DNA of 50,817 bases, counting the filler, from Dirinaria sp. TL-2023a (Eukaryota): assembly GCA_051941275.1 (NCBI GenBank). It is 3 parts of 3 records of this genome, joined end to end, with 100 filler letters (N's around TTAATTAATTAA, not from the genome) between each part and the next. Parts side by side here need not be neighbours in the genome. Positions count along the whole stretch, not along the records: positions 1 to 16,883 come from JAVEBF010000468.1; 2 more parts are not named here. One strand, given 5' to 3'. Made by a program: the position numbers and the translations under genes. Positions 1-11,083 of the stretch are shown here, piece after piece (positions within the stretch are counted from its first letter, which is position 1; every line of letters begins with the position of its first letter). A model generated the notes under the pieces. The model ran no database searches and had not been told where the DNA came from. It was given only the letters and a program-made list of their open reading frames with translations.

Positions 1-1387
1 CACCCATAGGACCCCTCCCGCCAGCCAAAAAGACGGGCCTGCCCCCTCCCTCCTGAACTGCTCGCGCTCATCGCCCGCCGAGAAGCTATCCAAGACCGAT
101 CCAAACAGGTACGAGTACGACTGCGTATGCAGGAGCTTATCGAGCCGAGATCACTTCGCCATTCCTCTCCACCGAATCCTCACGACCTCACAAGCGCGCG
201 GGACTGATTCTGGAGCGGGTTCAACACCATGGTCAAGACTGTCTCCGCTGACCTTTCTTCCTCAAGCTGAGTCTCCGGGCTGTATCAAACCCGGGTGTGG
301 GGGGTCCAACCCGGGCGGGGAACCTGGTGGTCAATGGGTTCTCTATGCGCAGCTCATGAATGAGTATAAGAACGTACTGCTGTATTGAAGAAACGGGCCG
401 GCGTTTTCGGGGTTCACCGAGATGATGCGTCGGGTTCGCAAGGCGATCATCACTCTCTGAACGACGACGTTTTCGAAATTTGCAGGGCCAGGAATTTGGC
501 ACTTTATTGTCCTTCTTTTCTCTTCATTTTGTACGATGTCGCCGGAGGGGAATGGCATTTTTTCGCTCGCACCTCTGCAAAGTCTTGGACACATTTGTTA
601 CCTCTGAACACGGAATGGTGTATGTTCGCCCTCATTCTATCTTCCCTGAGAAGATCAAGGAGATCATTATGGAGGCGGCTAGAACGAAGCACTGGTCTTC
701 GTTCCATCTGCCGATACGAAGCTTCGTCACGATTTCCGGGTACATGGCTCGGGTTACCAGCTTGCATGGCGAACCTCACCAAATTACATCTCAATCTAGA
801 CGACGATCCAGGAGACTCCGATTTGCCAAAGCAAAGCATGGATGTGTTTCTCTGCTAGGCCCGAAACCTGGAAAGCCTGTTCCTGGAAACGTCTGAGAAT
901 TGCAACAACTACATGTTCCAATTCAACTTAGTGCGGCTGTCGATTCCCGCGCCTGCGTACACTGTTGCTCAAGAACATAGCCATGGACGACGCTGACCTC
1001 GAACCGTTTTTGAGGAGTTCGCCAAGACTTGAGCGCCTTGTGCTGACGAACTGCATCGTGACGACTTTTCTCGCGGAGCGCCTCCTCAAGCAAATACGAG
1101 CGTTCACCAAGTTGAAGACTCTCCATATAAGCTTGGCCAATCAAGGACCCGAAGAAGACGGCTGGCATGACGACGCGTCCTTCCACTACTGGGACTACAA
1201 GGGCGACGTGCAGAAATATCCCCTGCACGACGGACCTAATCCTCTCTCTAGGGAGCAGATGGAGCAGATGGAGCACCTGAACGGAATTCTATCTGGATGG
1301 AGAGCGCAATCGCACCACGTGTGGCTGAGGAGTACTACGCAAAGTACTTCTGATGGTTTAAGAGTCGGCTGGAGCAAGTCGGTGTAA
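1..1387 (+). pseudogene. Degenerate F-box/LRR-type (RNI-like) gene, 5' end possibly off-window
   Basis: F-box-like LPPELLALIAR near 46-80. LRR-like segments (MANLTKLHLNL, ARNLESLFLE, CRFPRLRTLLLKN, SPRLERLVLTNC, FTKLKTLHISL) lie in different frames. There is an in-frame TAG at 856-858 and a frameshift at about 925-935. Confidence 0.6.
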
Positions 1388-2519
1388 ATTCAGGAGGATT
1401 TGCTGTCCCTTGAGCCTAGAAACCGATTGTGGAGTAGACGATTTTTCCATATTGGAGGTCATGATTGGCTACTTCTGCTGTTCTCGATCGTGTTCGCTTC
1501 CAGTCAAGTCGATGATGAGATGATTGAGCGATATACTCGAGAGCATGCGGTGTTTACAGATCCACACTGGCAGCGTGTGAGTACCACTGGCGGGTTAATA
1601 ATGTATCTGATATTTTGAAGCAGTGGGCCAATTTCTTCTAGCAGCCACATGGAGCCTACAAGCTTGTAAGATTACAATCTCAGGGAGGGTTTTGGTTGGG
1701 AAACCAAGCAATGTGGGAGGAGCTATTAGACGGGATGTACCAAAGGTCATAGTGAGCTAGTATCAATTCCCCAGCTTATTTTATATTATCCTTTTGTCCG
1801 GATAACATTTTGCCTCGATAGGCCTCTGTTCCGTAAATGGTAGAGTCCTTCCAGGAGTAGCAGCGAGAATAGTTGGCAATGATGTCACTGAAACCGCGAG
1901 CGACGTTCTGGCTGATGAATTGATGGGACTAATGGGATGCAGAATCGTTCGCGTTGGGGCTTGCAATGGGTTTTGAGCACGCAGTCACCGAGGTAGCGAT
2001 GTTGCTTAGAACAAGGTTCATGCCCGAAACGTGGATCATTATATTCCCCATACCGGAGAGATCTAAGGTACTTCTCGCCCTTGAGGGTGACCAAAGTACT
2101 CGTACGTACTGGCTATTTTGGGCTCCGACGATATGACGACTTGGCCATGGACACCCACTGGTCGACGAGGCTGACAGCTTTTATATTTTTCCAGTGATTC
2201 GTCACTGCACTGCCTTCACATTATATCTCCCCATATTATTGTTTCCAGCCCAGGTACCCGCGCTTTACCTTACTCTCTGCTCCACGCTAATTGCGGGGTG
2301 CAGCAGCCGGCTTTAACTTCAGGAACGGAGCTCAATCCGTTGCAGATCAGGATCACAAGTGTACCTTTCGATTGGACACGGAGAATCTCGCTTGGGGCTT
2401 GTAAAGCCCACAATGGACCATAGTCGGGCGGGCATTCTTTTGGGGGCTTGCAGCGCAGTCATTGACCAAAATCATCAGACTGGACACGAATCAGTCCGAA
2501 AGACTCAGACCCATCCAGG

Positions 2520-3295
2520 ATGACAAAGCAAAAGACCCCGTATTCACCATCTAACACAATGGCCGTCCTCAACAAGGGGGCACAGCACCACGTAGTGCCC
2601 GGCGGCCATGGCTATGCCTTTGAAGTCAGACGCGGCACCTCGTTTCGCATCGTCGACATTCACGGCCACCAGATCGTTGATATGATGGCCTGGGTCGCTC
2701 CATACCCCACCAGCCGCGAGCACCTCTCCATGTCTTACTCGCGATATGTGCTTGGAGGCAACATACCTCCCGCTATTGGGGAATGTCTCGTCACCAACAA
2801 GCAGGAGCCACTCTTCAAACTCATCGCCGACGCGTGCCATACGCATGATATGACATTCATGGCATGTAATCCGGCATTTTACCAGGCCATGGGTTTGAAG
2901 GGACACAGGAGCTGCGCTGAAAATATTGCGGAGGCGATGAAACCGTGGGGCATGCAGAGCTATCTCGAAGCGACGAGCGTAGATCCGTTCAATGTTTTCC
3001 AGAACACCCCAGATATGGCACTCAAAGATCTGGGGTGTAGTCGTCCGGGAGACTATGTAGAATTTGAGGTTTTGAAGGATGCGGTGGTGGCGGTCTCGAG
3101 CTGTCCATATGATGTGGTTGGTTTTTCTTCCTTTCATCCTCCTCGAAAGCGTATTGTTTCCTCTCGGGAAGCGAAAAAACTATCTGGCAAATGTCTGATC
3201 GAGGGCTAACCCAACCTTCGGCGTAGCACGGCTTCGGTGGTGGAAAAGCGACGGATGTAGCCATTGTGTCAGGTTTAGAGCCAAAGACTATATAG
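2520..3295 (+). CDS. DUF1989 / urea-carboxylase-associated family protein; exons 2520-3116, 3227-3295
   Basis: Motifs GTSFRIVDIHGHQIVD, HDMTFMACN, HRSCAENI, DPFNVFQN, SRPGDYVEF, AVSSCPYD. The phase-0 intron 3117-3226 (GTTGGT...GCTAAC...GTAG) restores the C-terminus HGFGGGKATDVAIV. The start could be the ATG at 2520 or 2559. Confidence 0.88.
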
Positions 3296-3874
3296 TCGAA
3301 AGTAGACAGGGACTTCGCTGGGTGTCTTGAGCATCTCGCACGTCAGCTTTTTCGCTTCCGCTTAATCTTTGATGTTATTTGATACGTGACCGCGGAGCTC
3401 GGAAAGAAGAAAGATGGATGAAAAGCACCCAGGAGCATCAAGGATCGACGATCGTAAAGACACATTAAAGCTCATCGAATGCTGATAGTAGGAAAACTTT
3501 GTCTGTTGCGAGGGCAGACGGGCTTTGATGTGCGTTTGCTACCGATATTTTGCGTCCTCGTCAAGCCGTGCACTCGCGCGAAAGTTGCGCCATCTCGCGC
3601 CAACCTCTGGAAAATTCTGATGATCTGTTCATTGGCTCTGTGAAAACAGGAAGCTTAAAGCATGACGGTAGCATAATCAGGATTTGAAAGCGACGGACCC
3701 AACATCATGTGTCTATCTGATACTTCTTTTTCTCTTCTTGTAAAGGCAGCTGACCGCGCTGAAGCTCTGAATGATTACACCTTCGGTACTGATCTATCCG
3801 AATCGTTCCCATGGAGCATGCGTGTGCGATAGCAGAGGTGTATCCTCAGGAGCTCCCTACCGGCGGGTATCGAT

Positions 3875-4534
3875 CTACCACTCTTTGATTATCAGGTCCT
3901 CAAATGTCACCTCCAACTCCTTCTCACTGTCGTCTTCATCTCGGACTGGCTTCGCAGAATAAACCCCAATCTCACAATCCCCATTACCTCTGAAATTTTC
4001 CTCCTCAAACACCCATGCCACTTCTCTCAACGGCTTCTTGTTTCCTGAGATTGGATCGACGAAATGAACCCAGAGGGTGCTCGTCTTCTCACCGTTTGTG
4101 ACCTCCCTACTCAACTCTATGGTGATCTTACTCGCGGAGTGGTCTGGTAAAGGCGCAAGACTCCAATCTGACCATCTATCGCTGGCAACGGTACTGATAT
4201 TGGGTTTGCCCTCGAAGAACTCTATACCCGTTTTGACCCATCGCCTTTGACCTCTGTCCTTCCTATCTTCAGATTCTTTATGAGGTGGGAGCACGAGCAC
4301 CAGCCCGCCCTGGTCAAACTTCGTCTTCCATTCGGCGGTGACTGTAACACGAGCAGCGCGGAGAGAGAAGAAGGGAATACTGCGGACAAGGAAAGGCGCA
4401 TTGAAGTCATTGGTTGAGGGTGGCTTCCGCCAGGTGTCGCAGCCGGGAGGTGTCCATAGGGTGAAGCTTTTGGGAAGTGGAGTCGGGATTTTGGGCTGGT
4501 TTGGAGAGGGGTTATGGAGGTGGAAAGAGGCCAT
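3875..4534 (-). CDS. DUF1349 family protein (Ree1-like, ConA-like beta-sandwich)
   Basis: Intronless 219-aa ORF with DTWRKPP, FDQGGLVL, WVKTGIEF, STVASDRWSDWSL, PLREVAWVF and IGVYSAKP motifs typical of DUF1349. Confidence 0.85.
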   Translation of the reverse strand: MASFHLHNPSPNQPKIPTPLPKSFTLWTPPGCDTWRKPPSTNDFNAPFLVRSIPFFSLRAARVTVTAEWKTKFDQGGLVLVLPPHKESEDRKDRGQRRWVKTGIEFFEGKPNISTVASDRWSDWSLAPLPDHSASKITIELSREVTNGEKTSTLWVHFVDPISGNKKPLREVAWVFEEENFRGNGDCEIGVYSAKPVRDEDDSEKELEVTFEDLIIKEW

Positions 4535-5980
4535 GCTGAGAAGACTCTAGGACTGCCTTGACATGGAGTGTAGCGATATGAGTTCCGAAGAAGATCCAAC
4601 AACATTACAGTAAGGTATTTATCCTAAGAATGAGCGACAAATGGGCATCGGGGTGGAACCCTAAAATGTCAGCCTTGGCGAAGTTGGCGAACAAAAAGGA
4701 ATTTGCCGCAGTTGCCGCCGAATCTCGTAACCCTGCGTCTTGGCGCCTTCCCCTCCCACCTCCGGCAGTCCGGCTTTCTCGCTGATCTACTCCGTAGATC
4801 CCCATTATTCGGTTGCTTTACCTTAGCGCTGCAGCTGTCATTGCAGAGCCCAATACGAAGTGCCCGTGCAGGGTTGGGGGCTTTCGGCAATCGAATTCAG
4901 CGCGGGGACTTTTGACATCCTTCGTATCTCGTATCGGACGTTAAACCTAAATGTCTTTATTCTGTCCAAATCTTGGGGAAAGCTTTTGCGTCAGCATTCT
5001 CATCTCGGCCATGTAACGGTGATGCTAGCACGCCAGGTGGCTATAGCTGGGTAACTTGGTCTCTAACACTTAATATTGGGCGTCTTGTGATTTCCATGGG
5101 CTGGCTCCTTTCGCCTGGACCGCAGAACCTACGTCTTCCCACCTACCTTATGGTTTCGATTTCCGATAAGGTAGTACATTCTTCCTCATTCCAAATTCTT
5201 TCCATGTAACATACTTGAGTTGGTACGATCTTCGATGGTACGAGTATGCGTCGCCTGTTCCGGGTACAGCTGTAATCGTATTGCATTTCTCATTGTTGGA
5301 CTTGTCCAAGGATATCTGCATTCAACGCTAACTTCCAATGGACCTCAAGGATACCTAATGCAAGATAGTGCTGCGCATTTGAGTGGGAATATTATTGTCC
5401 CTCTGCAAATGCCACCTCCAGCAAAGGCCACAACATGCCCATTTGATGGCATGTTCTAGTGTCACCCAGAACCTCAGGAAGTTGACGCTCGACTCCAGAT
5501 TGGCTTGCAGTAGATATGCATCACGGCTGTAGATGGATTAATCATCAGGCTACATGTGCGATCTCTCTTGGCCGTCATACCTTACCTTACCTGTATGCTC
5601 CGTCCACCATTGGTAGCGTAGCATCAGTGCGCCAGTTGTGCGCCAGTTGTGCATGGGTGGCTTCTATGTGATGCGGAGAATATGCATATACGAGGCTGAC
5701 TGTACTTTGCTTTGTAAGCTGTGAGACTGTCAGGAAGACCCACTACTCCGGAAGCACATATCCGAATGACCAGAGTAATGTTGCCAGAGGGGCCTGAAGC
5801 GGGTTCACGTGAAGGTGCCAAAGCGGAGCGAGGTCTCTCTTGGCCGATACTAATGTAATGTCGAAGTACCTGAAGATACACCGGTCGAGGAAGATTCAGC
5901 TCATGGTTTTCATGCCCCTCGAAAAATCTCCATTGATGGTTCTTCCTCATCCGTAACTTTCACTAGCACCTCACTTCACC

Positions 5981-7720
5981 ATGGAGCAAATCCTCGCGAG
6001 CGACATCGAGCTCGTCAGCCGTCTGAGCAACACGGGCGTCTATGATTTTGTCATCGTTGGCTCTGGTATCGGCGGTGGAATTTTAGCTGAGGAACTCGTC
6101 AAGAAAGAGAGGACCGTCCTACTGCTTGAGCGTGGTGGAATTACCTTTTCCACTCACGTCTGCAATACCGCTCGTCCTGACTTTAGCCGCGGCAAGGCGG
6201 ATTCACCTGAAGGCAATGAGCTGGTCTATGGTGCGTTGAAAGCGCCTGTCCAGACGGCCGAGGGCTCCGAGCCGTATGTTGGTGGACCAATGTATTGTCT
6301 CGGTGGCAGGTCTAATGTCTGGGGCCTGTGGACGCCCGCGGTGGATGATGCTACGTTGAAGGAGTACTTTCCTCAGGAAATTTGCGATGACCTCCTTCCG
6401 AAGGGTCATGAGCACGCTCGCAACTTGCTGTCGAATTATTCACAACGCGACACCATCTATCCTGCAGATGACTTCGAGACAGTAGATGGCGTCAACGCTT
6501 TGGACAATGCTACCGACACACTCAACAAAGCAGTAGGAGACTACCTTCAGCCAGGGCATCAACTGGGTCTTGGAACGCTTGCAACACAGCTCAAAGCCCC
6601 TCAGCCATATAGATTCCCCCAGGGCGGCTTCAGCACGACAGGCCCACTGCTCAACCGCATGTATGCCAAGGACAAGCATTTGACGGTGGCCCTTCATACC
6701 GAGGTTCTCGAAGTTGAGTATTCAGATGCTGGTTCAGGAGAAGATACAACGTGAGCTTCGAATGCTTTCCTGTTTGATCCGAACTGACGCAGCAACGCTT
6801 GCTGTAGCCACGTGACAGGTCTCTTCGTACGTTCGACCAATAATCAGCAAATCTACAAAATTGCAACAGAGAAATCCACAGTCATTCTATCGGCCGGGAC
6901 CCTCGGAACAGCCAAGATAGCCCTGACAAGCGGCCTCCAGAATCTAAATCCCCTGGTCGGCAAGGGTCTCATTGACCATGAAGCCTGGGCCATGCGCTGT
7001 GCACAGGAGCGACCAGACAATGTAAGTGCCCAATCTCGAGAACCTATGCTTCTCCAAAGCATGATCAACATTGCTGGCCGCCGTTGTCTGATGAGCGTGA
7101 CCTACAACTCCAACTTCTTCCTCGGAGGCAGCTCTCGCCTGTCGATCCGGCAATACTGGGACAAGGATGGAAGGAGGAGGCTGCCGATCAAGCGCGGAAA
7201 AGACCTGATCAAGAACGAGGACACCAACTTCGACACGGTGGCCGTCTTTCTAGAATTCCATGCCGAATTGGACGAGGAGAACGAGGTGCTGAACCTGCCC
7301 TCGGCGGACCCGATCATCCGCATCAAACGCCCAGATCCGCATGTGGACGAGAGGTTCCAACTCGAGCTGCAAGAACTATGCACCAAGATTCGAGACTCGA
7401 CCCTGGATCTAAAGACGGATCTGCCGAACTTCGACCCGGCACCACGCCCTTCGTTGCTGGGGATCGGGGTTTTCTCGCACGAAGTTGGGACAATGCGCAT
7501 GGACGGGCCGAAGGGGAAGGGTGTTGTGGACCACAATCTCAAGGTGCATGGGTTTGGCAACCTGTTCTGCTGCGATTTGTCCGTCTACCCTGTCAGTCCA
7601 CCTGCGAATCCTACGCGGACGTTGACAGCTATCTCCTTGAGGCTGGCGAAGCATCTTGCTTCAAAGACACCGAGGAAAGGGCATCATCACCATCATCGTC
7701 ATCATCATAATGGACTCTAG
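5981..7720 (+). CDS. GMC-family FAD oxidoreductase (pyranose oxidase-like); exons 5981-6750, 6808-7720
   Basis: Rossmann motif YDFVIVGSGIGGG...LLLERG, LGGRSNVW, VILSAGTLGT, VGKGLIDH, C-terminal HEVGTMRM, GVVD and ANPT. The phase-2 intron 6751-6807 (GTGAGC...CTGAC...TAG) joins the two ORFs. Confidence 0.9.
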
Positions 7721-8171
7721 ATCAGAGTTGAGAGGTTAGGAGGCTGGATTGTACGTAGTTGTTGAGAATCCTACTGGCGATGGTGCAGAGTGAGCTTTTA
7801 CAACCAAGTCAGACAGATATCGGAAGCAATGCTGGCTTTAGCTAGCATGTTGCCTAAGAGCTTTGTACGAATTCCATTTTCTAACTTTTTTCTCACATGC
7901 ACACGTGTCTATGTTATTTGAAGCTCTCGTAACTTCAGGCAAGCCCAAGTCTTCCCTCCTGAAGTTGTGGGAAATTCCGCGCCAGATCAAATACGCACTA
8001 GCGTGCAATTCGCCAAGCCTTTGAAGCTAAGGTAATTGCCCTGTGGTCGACCGTAGCGCCGTGCTAGGTACCTCGTACCTTATCATCAACATTCTCAGCC
8101 AAATAATATCTTCGATAAGCGATATTTTCAATTCTTCATCCAACCTCAAGCAGCGCGCCAAAATCTCCAGT

Positions 8172-10092
8172 CTAGGCTTGTTCGTCGTCGGCGAGGGCGA
8201 TGGCCTTTTCCTGCCGGCCGCCCGTGTACAGGAACACGGGGATGCTGCCCAGAAGGCATATCAGGACCAAGGTCAACATCGTGATACCCCAATTGGTCTG
8301 CTCGTACATGAAGCCGGTCCACGCCGGTCCTACGGCCGTGGCAAAGCCGAGCGCTGCGCACAGCAAAGAGTATACTTGTGCGTACGACCCGGCTTCTCCA
8401 AAGACATCCGGATGATTCTCCTCCAAGATCGCAGCCTCGTAGAACATATCGGCCGAGAGTGGTGTGAGGATCAGGTCCACCCCGGTTCCTGGAATCATTG
8501 AGCATTACGGTTATTTTTTAAAATGATTGGGTTGGCCACCAGCTTACCTGTCAGTACAAGCAAGATGCTCAGGCCGGCAATTTGTGCGGTACTCCTATGG
8601 GTGATCACAACAGACAACGCCAAACCCAGAGCTGCTACTGCGAATCCCGTCAATGCTACGTTTCGCGGACCGTAGCGGTCCGAGAGAGCTCCGTAGGCTG
8701 TACCAAAGAGCGCAGGCGCTGTGATGGCTAGAAATATCAGGCCAACTCCAGAGGAATCGAAGCCAAAGGTCCTTTTGACGAATTGTGCAAGCACTCCATC
8801 GAACGATGCCGTGATCATCATATATACAAAGATGCCTAAGACAGCCGTCATGAGACGCTTAGACCTAAAAATAATGGTCGTGGATGGAAAGTGTCTCATG
8901 AACCAAGATTTGGATGGTTGAGAATTACTCTTCCATTGTCTAGCCAATGCAGCGTTTCGATCTGATTCTGCGTTCCACCACGTATTTGTATGGAGCAGTG
9001 AAGAGCGCTCGTCTGGCGGCATGGCTGTTTGGGATGATTCGCGTAAAGGACGGCCTTTTGTGGTTGTGCCGTTCCCTTGCCCAGGGGTCACACTTTCCGT
9101 TGATGAGTCTGAGGTTTCCTCACTTGAGGACCTTCTAGGACTGTCCCACTGCTTCGCAATTCGTTTTTCTATCATGGCCGCCCGTAACAGTAGGTCGGCA
9201 GTGAGGACTGCGATGACCATTGCAAACACTGGGAAATAACCTGCTTTGGCGTAGACGATACCTGCTAGGAAAGGAGAGAGGAGAAAGCCACCGGTCATGC
9301 CGCTGAAGACGAAGCCCATCCTAACGCTTTATCAGCAAAACAGGTCTTGGAGAATGGGCGACTGAGGGTACTACAAACCACGAGCCAACCTCGCTCGGCT
9401 TGACGGTGTCCGCAATAAGCGGCAATCCTGCAGAATAGACGGCACCATTGGAGAAACCCTGGAATATACGGGCCCATACCAGTACTCCAGGAGCCCGCGC
9501 CACGCAGAATAAGACGGTGCCAAGGATCGCCAGTATACTACCCAGAACCAAAGGAATCTTTCGAGACCCTATCTTATCTCCTCCCCAGGCGGTGAACGCT
9601 GGTCATGATCAGGCTCTGCACGAAAATATGGTGATGACCTAACTCACGTGCACTAACGGTCAAAGCAAGCCCAAAGGCTACAAGGAGGCTCGACAACCAA
9701 AATTGGACTGGCCTCTGCTCAGGAATTTGCTCTTTGACGGATTATAAGAAGAGAAGCATACCGTCCTCCTCTCTTTGTCCCGACCTTTCGACCAGTGAAA
9801 ATGGAAGCACTGGGACCACCTACACTCCGTCAATTGCATATTCGTGGGGAGAAATCCGACTGCTGGCTGAAGAGCGCACTCACGGCACCATAGCCAAACC
9901 CATCCTAGAAAGCGTTCTGTCAGTTACTTCGGCAGCTCGTCATTTGATAGACAGCCATGCAGAGTGTTCCGTGGGCACGGTACATACATTGAAAGCTGCA
10001 ACGAACACCGTGATACCAATGAACCATTCCGAGGACCTGACTTTGAGTAATACAGGCGGCTTAGAGTTGTGCGATTGTGTTGAAATCGTCAT
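8172..10092 (-). CDS. MFS transporter (vesicular amine transporter-like), about 7 exons
   Basis: The spliced product has DGFGYGA-VVPVLPFSL, GDKIGSRKIPL, ARIFQGFS, GALSDRYGPR and YAQVYSL, with many hydrophobic helices. Canonical introns include 9987-9905 and one starting at 9883. Confidence 0.9.
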
Positions 10093-11083
10093 TGTCTCCT
10101 TGTGTAGTGAGTGCACAGTACTAGTCAAAATTGAAACGCTAATAGTGGCCAGGGATTCTTTCGTCAGACAACGTGGGATAATTCCGGTGAATTGAGGTCA
10201 AACGAAATTCTTCCGTACATGTAGGACCTAAAGCATCTAACCCACAGTACATGGGCCTTACCGCACCTTATTCCTCATCACCGGTGTAACCCGGTAAAGT
10301 ACTGGAGCGCTAACCCTTTTCAACCTGATTAGGGCAAGCCCGTGCATTGGATTCAAAAGCAAAGCAGATCGTACTCTGAGATACAATGGACGATTGGCTG
10401 TGGGAAAATATCTGCACATGCATGAGATGAGCACTAAGGTGAGGTAAGGTAAGGCTCTGTGAACATGGAAGTCGAAGTCCGATCGATCGCCAATACTAAT
10501 GTCACCGTGCTCTTACCCATTCAGCTACTGTACTGCAACAACGTTTTTCAAGGTTGAGGTGTCCTTAGAGCAGATTATTGCGTAAGGCACAGAGTGGCGT
10601 ACCATACATCATACATGGACAGTAAGGTATTTAAGGTATGCCAATGTGGTCTGATTGGCTACCTGGCTTTACCGAGGCTGAGAAAAGGCCAACCTCACAC
10701 AGCATTTCCAACGAGACATCGCCTTCCTATCGGACCTTCACTCGATAGCGAAGACTGTTGCCTGGCCACCATCTGTTCCCTCCTCAATGCCCCGCACGAT
10801 CTTGCAGGAATTGTTCACTGTACCGTACCTACGGTACCTTCACCTTACATTGTTCCAGAGATCCCGATTGCCGACGTTTCTTAGGTGCTGATCTGGCCAC
10901 GGTCTCTAATCCCAAAACATGCACAAACAGCCGCCCGGCAAATTGTCAGGTTTCCAGCAATCATTCCACCAACGGATATTATAAGCATACGGAGTCCAGC
11001 ACAGAATGAGGTAAGTAATCGTCTTATCTATCTGTCTCGAGCGATCTTCCAGCCTATTCTCCGGCTTTGTGCGGAAGTCTTTC

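Noticed and set aside
1781..2150. Short ORFs between the F-box relic and the DUF1989 gene
   Set aside because: They are under 70 aa, interrupted by stops, and have no recognisable motif or consistent splice model.
7084..7710. 208-aa alternative-frame ORF inside the GMC gene
   Set aside because: Arg/Pro/Gly-rich off-frame reading of GC-rich codons, with no independent signals.
10435..10454. TAAGG runs as interstitial telomeric repeats
   Set aside because: The runs are only 2-4 units, dispersed, in both orientations, and do not match TTAGGG.
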